Shown in pieces: positions 52,426-64,000 of a stretch of 64,000 nucleotides of DNA. How positions within the stretch are numbered: position 1 is the first letter of the stretch; the number at the start of each line of letters is the position of its first letter. Below the pieces are notes generated by a model. The model worked only from the letters and a program-made list of their open reading frames with translations, had not been told where the DNA came from and made no database searches. Source of the DNA: Schizochytrium sp. TIO01 (lineage: Eukaryota; Protista; Bigyra: Labyrinthulomycetes); NCBI GenBank assembly GCA_004764695.1, contig SMSO01000005.1:868001-932000 (forward strand). The letters run 5' to 3'. The position numbers and the translations under genes were made by a program.

Positions 52426-54051
52426 CCAGCTTAATGGTCAAAGTTGGGTATTTTCAACCTTGTTCTCTGTAGAAAAACCTTCAACTCATACATCAACCAT
52501 GCAGCCTGGGTGACACAAGGTCGCAGAGAAGCCCCTCCTTCCATACGCGAAGCCAGCCCAAAGACAAGCCCTTTTCAGCTTTTTCTTATAATTTCCCAGG
52601 ATCATCCTGCCAGATCTTTCTAGTGTTGTGTACTCTTTATAACAAATAACACCTTTACTGAAAAAAAAAATCTTTCCGCAAATAAAAGCAAAGTAGCACA
52701 TCACGTGAGGACCCCCATTAACCGCGTCTGATATATCAGCTGACTGTCTGTCGCTGCCTGTGTCTACCATCCCTCGTGGCTTTTCTTGTGGCTTTCTAGG
52801 TAGGATTGCTCTTGCCCCCTGCAAGTCTCTTTTGCCCCCCGCCTCTCACAAGGTTTCCCCCAAAGACGCCGAAGGGTTACTAGGCCGACTATTAAGTTTC
52901 CCTTATGAGGCACCTGCCTTTCTCATTGGCGTCTCCCTTTCACTCCTCAAACTTCTGCTCGTCTTGGAGGTCTCTATAAGCCAGTCAGGTAAGCAATAGC
53001 TCGGGGCGTTTAAGACGCGTGCTGCTGCTAAGGTCTGGGTTCGAGAGGGATTAAAGACCTTTGCAGATTGTGAAGGCTGTATGGGAGAGGCCTTGCAAGT
53101 TGAAGGCATCATGCTTGTAGAAATGGAGAACTACGACCTTGTTGGGCAAATATCTCAAGAAGAAGAAGAAGAAAAAAAAGCACCGAGGAAAACACAGAGA
53201 TGGCACAAGATGTTGTGCAGATGACGGCTTTAAAGGCAAGCAGGGTCGGGCTATTATACGAACACTTCATTCGACGTTTAAGTAGGCGGCACCGAAAAAG
53301 GATAGCCAGACCACACCAATGAATGTGCACTTGCTCCCGCCGTGAAATAGTTTGACCAGACTTGCAAATCTGTCTAGAAGTGTACAATGTCTACCCTTCT
53401 AACTAGTTTGAGGTCGTTTTGCCATATTAAGACGTAGGTTGTCTGCCTCTAGAGTTAGGAATCTTTCCAGAAGTAATAAATGTGATCTCATCAGCGTCAG
53501 TGCATATTGGAAAAGTAGTGCATACTACCTTCATAGCACTCAGCACGAGTTGGATATCATCAACTCTAGTTATGCGCCAGGGTTAAATATTATACTACTG
53601 TCTGGTCCAAGTTGGAAACCAGCTCAGAATTGAAAACCGTAATTTCCTACAACACGTGTAAAATCAGCAAACGGCAAAAAAAAAACTAGATTTGAGGAGT
53701 GGAAAAAGTAGAGACAGTAGAAATATAAGAACAAGTGCACACATACCAAATGTATATATCAGGATGTGAAATCATGAATGAGAAAAACAGCGAACACTAA
53801 TAAGTAAAACTAAACTTACGGAGTCCATGCCATCGCACGCACCACGCGCTTACGTATATATAAAAAAGGTTGTGGTTGATTGTTTATTGTGTAAAACGAA
53901 AGGGGATTATGGGTGTGTCAGCATGATATGCTAAACAGAGACGAAGTTTGATTGATTGAACTCAGTCAAATTTCGAAAAGTATATTTGTTTGGAACGTGT
54001 TGAAGAGATGTTGAGGAAATTGGTACGGAAGCAAGACAGGGTGAAGTGGAT

Positions 54052-55443
54052 TTAGTTGCCCATCCAGGAGGTCTTGCGGAAGTTCTCGCCGGCGTAGGTG
54101 CACTTGCCCTTGAGCTCCTCCTCAATGCGGAGGAGCTGGTTGTACTTGGCGTTACGGTCAGAGCGGGCCGGGGCACCAGTCTTGATCTGGCCGGTGCAGA
54201 GACCAACGGCAAGGTCAGCGATGGTGGAGTCCTCGGTCTCACCAGAGCGGTGGGAGGTCATGACACCCCATCCGGCCTGCTTGGCCATCTTGACGGCCTC
54301 AATAGACTCAGAGATGGAGCCAATCTGGTTGACCTTGAGGAGAAGAGCGTTACAGGACTTCTCGGCAATGGCCTTCTTGATCTTCTCCGGGTTGGTGCAG
54401 AGCAAGTCATCACCAACGATCTGGAGCTCCGGCATGGAGGCGGTGGCCTTGGCCCAGTCAGCCCAGGCATCCTGGTCCATCGGGTCCTCGATGGTCATGA
54501 TGGGGAAGTTGTCCGCGAGGTCGCGGTAGTACTCAATGAGCTTCTCGGCGCTGAGAACGTTGGCCGGGTTCTTGTTCTCGTTGAAGTGGTCGAGATCGTA
54601 GCAGCCCTTGTTGGCGCCCTCGGGGACGTAGAACTCGGAAGAGGCAACGTCAAGACCAACCTTGACGCGGCCAGCGTATCCTGCCTTGTCGACGGCCTCC
54701 ATGAGGAGCTCAAGGCCCTCCTTGGCGTCACACGGGGGTCCGAAGCCACCCTCGTCACCGATGAGAGTGGCATCACCACCGTACTTGGCCTTGATGACCT
54801 TCTTGAGGTTGTGGTAGCACTCAGAGCCGATCTGGACGGCCTCGGAGTAGGTGGAGGCACCGGTGGGGATCATGAAGAACTCCTGGAAGGCGAGGGGGTT
54901 GCCAGCGTGGGATCCACCGTTGATCACGTTAAGCATGATGGTGGGCATGACGAACTCCTTCTGGGTGTTGCCGGCAAGGTCAGCGAAGTGCTGGTAGAGG
55001 GGCACCTTCTTGGCAGCGGCACCGGCCTTGGCAGCAGCCATGGAGACGGCGAGGATGGCGTTGGCTCCAAGGCGACCCTTGTTCTTGGTACCGTCGAGGG
55101 CAATCATGACCTCGTCGATCTTGGCCTGGTTGGTGACGTCGAGGCCCTTAACCTTCTCAGCGATCTCGGTGTTGGCGTTCTTGACAGCGTTGAGAACACC
55201 CTTACCCATGTAGCGCTTGCCACCATCACGGAGCTCGACGGCCTCGTGGATACCGGTGGATGCACCACTGGGGACCATGGCGCGGAAGAGACCATCCTCG
55301 GTGGTGAGGTCGACCTCGACGGTGGGGTTACCGCGGGAGTCGAGCACCTCACGGGCGTGGACACCGGTGATGGTGGAGGCCTGGCGGGCAGAGTTGGCCG
55401 CAGCCGTCATGGCACGGCGGCTCACAACCTGGGGAGCGAACAT
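54052..55443 (-). CDS. ENO: Enolase (phosphopyruvate hydratase) with N-terminal mitochondrial-type presequence
   Basis: All enolase signatures are intact: [95 protein letters not shown] ~22-aa extension ([22 protein letters not shown]) rich in R/A/S and lacking acidic residues precedes the mature start. Confidence 0.98.
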   Translation of the reverse strand: MFAPQVVSRRAMTAAANSARQASTITGVHAREVLDSRGNPTVEVDLTTEDGLFRAMVPSGASTGIHEAVELRDGGKRYMGKGVLNAVKNANTEIAEKVKGLDVTNQAKIDEVMIALDGTKNKGRLGANAILAVSMAAAKAGAAAKKVPLYQHFADLAGNTQKEFVMPTIMLNVINGGSHAGNPLAFQEFFMIPTGASTYSEAVQIGSECYHNLKKVIKAKYGGDATLIGDEGGFGPPCDAKEGLELLMEAVDKAGYAGRVKVGLDVASSEFYVPEGANKGCYDLDHFNENKNPANVLSAEKLIEYYRDLADNFPIMTIEDPMDQDAWADWAKATASMPELQIVGDDLLCTNPEKIKKAIAEKSCNALLLKVNQIGSISESIEAVKMAKQAGWGVMTSHRSGETEDSTIADLAVGLCTGQIKTGAPARSDRNAKYNQLLRIEEELKGKCTYAGENFRKTSWMGN

Positions 55444-57138
55444 TTTGTTTTGGTTTTAACAAGAAGCTACGGCTGGATCTGCATAATCATAATTATCATG
55501 ACGAGGGGCGCGACCGCAAGCCAGTTGATGTTCCCATTATTTTCGTGCAGCACAGCCAAAAGCATTGCGTACCGTGGGCACCAGAAACGACGGGACCAAT
55601 TTCCCATGTTTTCAGAAAGATCAAGCCAGACAGGCAACAGCAAAGCAGGCAGGCAGGCAGGCAGGCAAGCAAGCGTCATAAAACGAAATACAGCAAATCA
55701 CATCAACATACAACAATGAACCTAACGTCAGTCTCTCCTGTTTCCTTTCTTCTGCAACACGCGCATGTACAGCGCCATGCCCCAGGCGACCTCTTCCCTC
55801 CTTCCTCCCTGCTGCAGCGTCTGGTCTTCGCGGCATCCATTCTTCCGTTTGCATGAATGTAATGCACAATCCATGTGGTTGTTTGTTACCACAAATCAGC
55901 CATGAATGAATAGCAAAACAGGCAAATCGTACCAAACGACTAGACGACAACAAGACGCCAGGATATGAGAACAAGAATGCAGCTCCACGCCTGGCGAGCA
56001 GACACGAAGGCGCAGGGCCGCAAGTGGCTTTACCAGCGCCGGCACCGCACCTGTGATAGCCACAGGGCGCAGCGTTCGCCACGCCGTATGGCAGGACCGC
56101 AGCCGAGGCAAGCGTCCGCGACGTACCGATCGAGTGATCTATCTTTTGGATTTGCTGCGCTCCTCGCCTTCCTCTCGATTGCTGGAAAGGATTTCCTTTA
56201 ATTCTTTTATTAAACAGCCTCACTATATATATATATACTCTACTACATGGTGTCCTATTATACTCTAGCCTATTTATTTCATTTATTTCAATTTTTTAAA
56301 ATAATTTTATTTTATTCTCAAATACTATGAAGGGAAGAAATACACGTGAACCATTTCTCGCCGTCCTTTCAGGCACAGAGATAAACCAATATCCAACTTG
56401 GAACACACGTAAGTACTGCTACTGGGCAAACTTAAAAGCAGTCTTTTCTCGAGAAAAAAGCAAGTTTTCAATTTAACGATAACCTACTGGATCCCTAAGT
56501 ACTGCCTAGGCAGGTAGCAGCTCTTAACTTGGAGAAGTAAACATTTTCACTCCACATTGATTTATTTTAAAACTAGCTAGTAGGTAAAAAATAAATTGCT
56601 CATCTTGCGTCTCATCAGCCCAGCCCAGCCAGATTCTCGCCAGCCGGCTGCCAATCGCTTCAAGAGACCAGGCCGCGAGCCCCAGGCCTCCTCCAAGCCG
56701 GCCTCTGCCCTGCGCTAACCTCTCCGCTCGCCTGCTGCGGGTCGGCCTTCATCGCCAAGCGTTCCTTTTCCTTTCTGTCTTGTTCTTCTTCTTCTTCTTT
56801 CCCTCAAAGTTTGTCCACTTTGGGCAGACCTGTTACTCTCTAGAGGGGACATGAGGCTCTTGTTCCTCCTCTCATCATTCATTCATTTCTCTCATCGATT
56901 GGTTGATTGATTGATTGATTGATTCATTCATTCATTCATTCATTCACTGTTTCACATCTCGAGGCTGTCATCGAGGGCCAGGTACGAGAAGCGCCCACGG
57001 CAGAGCCGCGCCATGGCGGCAGTCTGAGCTCAAGTGAAGCCTCGGCGAGTCGAAAGGAGCGCTTCATTCAGCCCGACGGAACGTGCAACGACTGTATGGA
57101 TGACGATCTTCTGCAGGTTCTTCGCCTCCGCTCCCTCC

Positions 57139-57169
<31 letters not shown>

Positions 57170-57302
57170 ACTAACTACCAGGTCGCTAAGCGCTCGGTAG
57201 ATAGACACAGAGAAAGGGAGATAGATAAAAGGCACGCACACAGGAAGACAGAAGAAGACAAAACACTAAGATCAGCCAGTTAGGTAGGTGGAGCGATGGT
57301 CT

Positions 57303-57470
57303 TCAATCAATCCATCCATCAATCAATCCATCAATCAATCAATACATCAATCAATCAATACATCAATCAACCAATACATCAATACATCAATACATCAATA
57401 CATCAAACAATCAATCAATCAAAATCAGAATGAATCAATCAATCAATACATCAATAAAAATCAATCAATC
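57303..57470 (+). repeat. Degenerate (CAAT)/(ACAT) compound microsatellite
   Basis: Directly visible. Confidence 0.9.
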
Positions 57471-58629
57471 GTGCAATTATCGTCATCTAGTTAGCGCGGT
57501 TTCGCTACTTGAGCATCATCGTCACTGTCTCCAGCATCATCGTCATCGCTGGCATGTATGTGGAAGGAAATGTGTTTATGGATGTGATTTTGGATGCATG
57601 TATGCATGTATGTATGTATGTATGTATGGATTCACCAGTCACGATGGCCATTGCATCGATGCCGAGCTTCTTGGGGAATGAATGTACGAGCAATGTGAGT
57701 AGCAGGTACGAATTGCGATGCTCAGCTCTGCTTCTTTCCGTGGCCACCTTTGAGTGAAACCGGAGCTTAGCAAGTGCTGAAGACACTGCAAAGGGTCACG
57801 ATCTTCTGCAAGTTCTCTGAGAATTATGATCGATCTTGAGAAAGATATTTTTTTAATTATAAATTTTAATTTTTGTCACTTTTGATTTTATTAAATAAAA
57901 TTAAAACTAAAATCGAATCGAAGCAAGCGCACTTCTTCCTGCATTGGCCCGCAAATCTAGCCTGACACTCCCCTCTATCTCCACTGTCATCTACACCTCT
58001 CCCACACTGCCAGTGTTTCATAAATACACTCCACCCAACACCGCCAGTGGCCCCAATTCAACTCTGCGACTCCTTTACCCCCACATCATCCTCGTATCGA
58101 ACCTCGCTCCGCCTTTACCCTGCATCTGCATTCCCACACCAGCCCCGTAATCTTGAATCTTCACCCCCTCCCCCCACTGTGCGGGATAGTGGCAGTGGCG
58201 CAGCTAGTTCTGTATGGGCACATTCTCCAGTGCAGGCCCCTAGCCCTCCTCTTTTAATCTCTGGCTGCGGGGCTCCTTCTTCCTCTATGTTTTCCTCTGT
58301 GCGGCGCCAACTTGCTGCGCACGGGCAACTACAAGTTCCAAGGGCGCCTGGCCCATATTATTCCCAGGGCGGCCTGCCTCCATCCACCCATCGCGGACTT
58401 TCTGCCTGCTACGAGGCCCATTTCGCCGCCGCCGGGCCCCGCGAGCGAGGCGCGGGCGTCCTCAGGCCGTCCGGAAGCCCGCTGCAGACGGCCCGCGGGC
58501 TGCCCAGAGCGCAGGAGCAGCTCTGGCAGCACGCGATCGGCGCCTGCCTGTCTTCTGTGGCTTCTTCTTCTTCTGTCTGTCTGTCTGTCTGCCTGTCTAT
58601 CTGTCTGTCTGTCTGTGCATTGAATTGAG

Positions 58630-58738
58630 GATGAAAAGAAAGAAAGATGAAAGGAAAGAAGGAAAGAAAGAAAGAAGAAAGGAAAGAAAGATGAATGAAA
58701 GAAAGATGAAAGAAAGAAGAAAGGAAAGAAAGATGAAT

Positions 58739-58778
<40 letters not shown>

Positions 58779-58788
58779 GAAGAAAGAA
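58630..58788 (+). repeat. Purine-rich (GAAA)n compound repeat with higher-order duplication
   Basis: GAAA units, with the block AAGAAAGAAGAAAGGAAAGAAAGATGAATGAA occurring twice. Confidence 0.9.
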
Positions 58789-61700
58789 GCCACTGGATCC
58801 AGCGCGAGAGGCCTATGTGCGGTAAACAACTCTTAGCAACGTAGGACGATGCGGATATAAGAGTTGATTGAATGATTGATTGAATGATTGATTGAATGAT
58901 TGATTGAATGATAAGCGCCTCTTTGGAGAAGAAGGCGATCTGGCGATTGAAACTTTGGGCGCAGCAGGACTTGAGCAGCTGAGAATGTGCCGGTATTGGC
59001 TGGCAAAGGAAGCGGCATTTATCTGCAGGGCTTCTCTCTTGGTTTGTTCATTTCTTGATTTATTCATTTCTTGATACTTGCAGTTTCTTTCTCCTGTCTT
59101 TTGTAAAATCTTAATTCTTGCTTGCTTTGGGGTTTTCAACGAGTAGCACTTGCTTACCGAGTGCGTAGAAGTCCTTGCGTGAAAACGTTTTATAGTGATG
59201 AGGAATTCTTCGAAGTTTAAAGAAGAGTAACGTGACGGATGAAAGAGCGAATGGATGAGAGAAAGTGAAAGAACTGGCTGACCGAGTGCCTGCCTGAGCG
59301 AGCCTCCACGGTTGCCGGAAGACGTGCGGTGTCAGCGCAGGCATGTCGTCGAACGGCCCTTCTGGCCGACTGCGACAGCTGTAGGTCTCAAGAGCTCTGA
59401 TTGATTCCGAATCTCATCTCTTGCCTTGACTTGGACATGGTAATATCACAATCGTATGATAATATGGTGGTGCTTACCTAGCCGGTCAAGGTCGTAACGC
59501 CGCCACAGCAGCGAACACCGGCACGATGCTCGCTTGAGCCCTTGCTCTTGTCCTTCAGCTTCGTGTCAACAGCTGATCGGTATCCCTGCTACTGAGTTCG
59601 AGGTAGCGAGCGAGAACTATTTCGAGCCGTTCGCAAGATGCGCCTGATGGGCTAAATGGAGGAAACTGCAGCTCACACGGCCTCGCGCAAAGTGGGGCTT
59701 AAAATTGAAGCGCCTTCAAACTTGGCATTCAAGGTGCGCCTAATAGCTAGAAATACACTCGCAGCAACGGCAGTCTTGGCTTGACGCTAATGCCCCTGTG
59801 CGAAATCGTGGCGTGTGTAAAGTTGCGGCATGTGTGGTGGAGATGCAGAGATTTTCACAGCTAATTTCATAATCCTCTTGGTCAAGATCATGACAGGCCT
59901 ATAAGAAACCGACGAAGCGTCTAACCTCGAGACACCTTCAAAGAAGAACACGCACTCTTGCGAAGATACGGCGAGTACACGCTTCGGGCAAAGGCATTAG
60001 CAATACCATGGACGCCGCGATTTCGCCGATTTTCGGCTTAGAGCGTTGCGGTACAAATGCTAGGACTACACCACAGCAAGCGGTAACTACTCGGCCTCTT
60101 TTTTGCCTAAATCTGCTACCAGAGATGCGATATCGCACCTGAAGAGCTCGCTGAGCAGCTTCCAGACATCTTGCAAGGTAAAAACGTACTACATTGTAGG
60201 TTTCTTCAATTTTATTTTGACAAGTTGAGATATATCAGATCTTTTTGCAAGTTGTGTTTTGTTGAGAAGTTGAAAGAAGATAAGGTGCGTCTTCAGGAAC
60301 ATCCAAGATGACAGTTCCACTCACAAGGGATATATATTGCAATCGCCGCATAAAACTTCGAAGCCCTTTTCAAGGATCTGATACGAGAAATCTTGCAGCA
60401 AACCGCTCCGAAATCTTCGTCAAAGCTCTCCAAGTCTCTTCTTCTTCCTCACTTCTCTAGCTAGCCAGCTTCCTAACGTGGAGCAAGTAACACACCTACC
60501 TACTAGTTCCCGCGTCGGAGCCCTTCGAAGTTCCTTTCGCCCGAGCGGCGACGAAGGCGCTCCCAAATTCCGACTCGAAAATCATTCCAGCCAGAACCCG
60601 TTTCGCCTCGTTATGCGCTACTGAGTAATGAGGGTAAAATAGGAAGCGAGAGATAGTAGTAAGAAGAAGGGAATGGGAAAAAGGCTTTCTTTCCCACTCC
60701 ACTATAACATTCGAGTTTTTATTTTTTTTTTAACAAAATTAAAAAACTATTGAGCTCAGTACCTCTGATGAGAAAACAACAAACAAACTTGAACAAACCC
60801 GTTTTCTTTCTGCAGACAAATTCACGATGGATGATGGAATCTTAAAGTCTCGCGAGTGAATCGTGAGAGGCATGGTGCACAACGCGGCGGACTTTCTATC
60901 TTGATCAGCTCGAGAGGCCGCCGCTCGTGATGACTCGTGGATAATCAGGAGCACTCAGAGGCAGTGACGCGAGGGGCCACGAGAAAGACTCAAATTATGC
61001 AAAACTAACTTACAGGCGCTAACAACCAATGTAAGGAAGATGATGCTCTGCTTTAAATACAATATCTATACATACATTCATTCATACATTCATTAATTCA
61101 TTCATTCATTCACAACATACATACATAAGAGGATGCATGCATCATCACTACCAGATGCAGCTCGTCACCAAGAAAGGACTTGGAGGTGCTTCAAGTTGCT
61201 CGCAGCATCATCGTAGTTCAACAGCGGTCCATCAAGGGCGCAAGGTCATCGACGTGCTGGCCATCTTGAGCGCAGCGTTTTATTTTACTTTGGGCATGTG
61301 TGGCCTGAGACGGACCAGGTGATGCAGATGGCGGAGAGGCAGGCAGGCAGGCTCTCCTGCGAGCGAGTCGGCTGCGATGAAGAGTGCTGACTAGCCAGGT
61401 GCGTGGAGGGCGGCGGAGCACCTAGGCCGCCACCTGTGTTTCTGAGCTTTTGAGCCTTTAGAGCGAAACGAAAGCGGGTCCTCGTCGATGCAGGGACCCA
61501 GAGGAGGCAGCACATTGTGCCCAGAATCGCCCGAGCAACCCCGATGCAAACACTTAATCTACCTTCAGGAAGCGTGTCATTCCTGTTTGGTTTGCTCGGA
61601 CTGGTGAATTTGGAGCATGGCTGTGCTCGTTGTGGAGGTTTGCTCGCGGCGACGCAGACCCCTGCCCCCATCAGACTAGATGATGCGACCCGGCGGAATG

Positions 61701-61900
61701 AATGAATGAATGAGGTGAGGTGAGGTTCTCGACGAGGAGGCCCCGATGTCCGCGGGCATTGCATTCATTTATTTTCATGCAGGCAGTCCATCTTCGAGAT
61801 CGTCATGTCTTTTCAGGGCCCTGCGCCGAGGGCAAATACATAGATAGTTAGACGAATACAGTCGCTGAGGTGCCGATTCTTGGGGAATCCAAGGGCAAAG

Positions 61901-62079
61901 ACAAACAAACAAACAAACAAACAAACAAACAAACAAACAAACAAACAAACAAACAAACAAACAAACAAACAAACAAACAAACAAACAAACAAACAAACAA
62001 ACAAACAAACAAACAAACAAACAAACAAACAAACAAACAAACAAACAAACAAACAAACAAACAAACAAACAAACAAACA
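61901..62079 (+). repeat. (AAAC)n microsatellite, ~44 units
   Basis: Directly visible perfect array. Confidence 0.98.
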
Positions 62080-64000
62080 CTCAGTGCACTGCCGCAAAAC
62101 TGTGGGGTTGGATGCTCGCAACGATAAATCCCCGGACCCGGTTTATTTCTTTGTTTGCGAGGTTCGGCGCCCGACAAGACGCCCCTTTGGATTTGTAGAC
62201 CCTCTCGCGGTACCTCGATCGCAAAAAAGAAAAAGGAAAAGATTGCGAGCAGGGCTCTGGTGGCTCTGTGAAGAAAGGAGATGTTTCACCCGGGCTGCTT
62301 GTTGCCTTCGAGATTCTGGCAAGAGCGCGCGCCGCGCTTCGATCCTTGGCGGTGCTACTTGCAGGAGCGTAGCTGCAAGCAAGGAGTTGCGAAGGATTAA
62401 TAGACCTTGTGGTTGTTTTAATTCTTACTCCAGGAATTAAGAAAGCCGTCTTCACAATGGAGATCCGAAAACCAAGCGAAAATTCACGAGGACCTGATAG
62501 TTTGGATTTATTTCTTTTAGTTTTTATAAATTTATATTCATTTTTCGTTTTCGAGTTTTTTAGTTTTTTTAAGGAAAACAAACATGTCGGTAGGCAACCT
62601 ACCTGCATTGGCAAGAGGGACATGAAAAGAATATTCTGCATGCTGAGAAAGCAAAAGTAATATTAAGTAAGAAAAGATCACTAGGAGATGTCTCATATTT
62701 TAATTTTAAAATCAAATAAAACAAACAGACTATTTGCCACGACGGCTTTCTTGAGTGAAATCACATACCCTTGTTTATATCCTCTAACACGAGGGGGTGT
62801 TCTATGAATTGCTGTGTTTTCCTACTTCAGTTTTTAAATTAAATGTCAAGATCTTCACGTTATATCTTTCGTGTATGGTTTCTTGTGTATTGATTGAATT
62901 AAAGATCTTATCTTTCTGTAGAATACTTACTATCACAGCATGGCAACTTGCAGGGTTACCATCACAAATTATATTCCCTTTTATCAACTATCACAGATAC
63001 ATTTAGTTTTTCTAATGCGAGATAACGAAACGCAAAGGTGCCATTTCGACATTTTGAAGTAGAATATTTCAAAATTCACAGACCAGTATGTATTGACCCT
63101 TTTCATGTTGTTTTTGTAGTTTCTAAGTTTTTAGAAAGACATTTCTTCTTTTAAATCATTTGACATGCAATTTTAAATCTACCTTGATATTTTTTCAGAA
63201 GAAAGTAATAGACCCAGCTTCACGCAGGAACACCTCCTAAATGGAATGATTTCTCAGATCCCGATCCGAGATACAACGTTGATACTCAGATAAGAAACAT
63301 GCAATTGCTACCTGTGCTCTCAAGAACTCTGGTGTGAATAGTGAATTTAAAGAGTCTAAGCACAACCATAGAGCTGATCCCCATATACTTCGACGTCTCG
63401 CCTGTTTTTTACCCTCTTACTGCAGCCTAAATCTACGTCTAACCTAGATACCTTCATGGAACATTAGGAACATCAAGGAATTTGATCATCTCCAGAATCG
63501 CATATAGAACAAAAGGAACCTTAGGAACATTTAGACGACCTTGACTGCAATACTTTTCTAAGCAAGAGGGAGGGAGTACCACGTGCAAATTGGACTACAA
63601 AATTTTGGAGCTTCTCTGCGAGTTCTGCTCCTCCAGCGTGTTCTTTTACCTGTTGAGCTTCTAGCTAGAGGGAAATCCCACTCCGAAGTCCATCTACTCG
63701 CTTGTTAAAACCTCGCCCAAATCCTTCCCTAGGTTACTTTGTAAACATCAGAAGCTTCATTCATTCCTGATAGCCTGTATAAACCCACAGTGCTTTGACT
63801 GTGGGGACATTGCGTGTCCTGGACAGGGTGTACGGTCCATGGTAATATAATCGTAATTTCGCGTGGTCCGGTTTTGTTGTGGACCTACCGGTGGACCTAC
63901 CGGTGCAGAGAGTGACATGGACCCTTCTTCTCCCCTATAACCACATACTTGGTTCAAAAGTCCGACCATGTCATCACATTTACTCACGGTGATGAGTTGT

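Noticed and set aside
54046-55719. 557-aa + strand ORF overlapping the enolase
   Set aside because: Antisense shadow of a strongly codon-biased gene; the minus-strand frame carries every enolase motif.
57490-57790. Possible minus-strand intron followed by an acidic exon (DDDDAGDSDDDAQ)
   Set aside because: The upstream exon frame hits a stop with no start codon, so no coherent gene model can be built.
60139-60165. CTGAAGA-GCTC-GCT-GAGC resembling a hammerhead ribozyme core
   Set aside because: Lacks the required GAAA after stem II and has no stems I/III.

Overview
Eukaryotic nuclear DNA that is gene-poor and dense in microsatellites. The mitochondrial-type enolase, intron-poor genes and AAAC/TGAA/GCAG repeats suggest a stramenopile, most plausibly a thraustochytrid-like labyrinthulomycete (inference). 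I can support four intact protein-coding genes: (1) a polyQ/polyN AP2-domain transcription factor (25602-26663, +), preceded by at least 25 kb with no recognisable gene; (2) a convergent single-pass membrane protein (27273-28436, -) whose C-terminus reads as a very divergent SUN (Sad1/UNC-84) domain, possibly with an unannotated upstream exon; (3) a codon-biased TMEM276-like multi-pass membrane protein (43731-44438, -); (4) an enolase with a mitochondrial-type presequence (54052-55443, -). A microsatellite-free, lower-GC island (about 36.3-42.9 kb) holds stop- and frameshift-riddled ghost reading frames, and smaller remnants of this kind occur elsewhere. Intergenic DNA is punctuated every 1-3 kb by AT-rich islands with a consistent T-tract-then-A-tract polarity. 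I found no tRNA, rRNA, CRISPR array or intact transposon. Most ORFs in the supplied track are microsatellite or antisense artefacts. All family calls come from reading motifs by eye, not from database searches.
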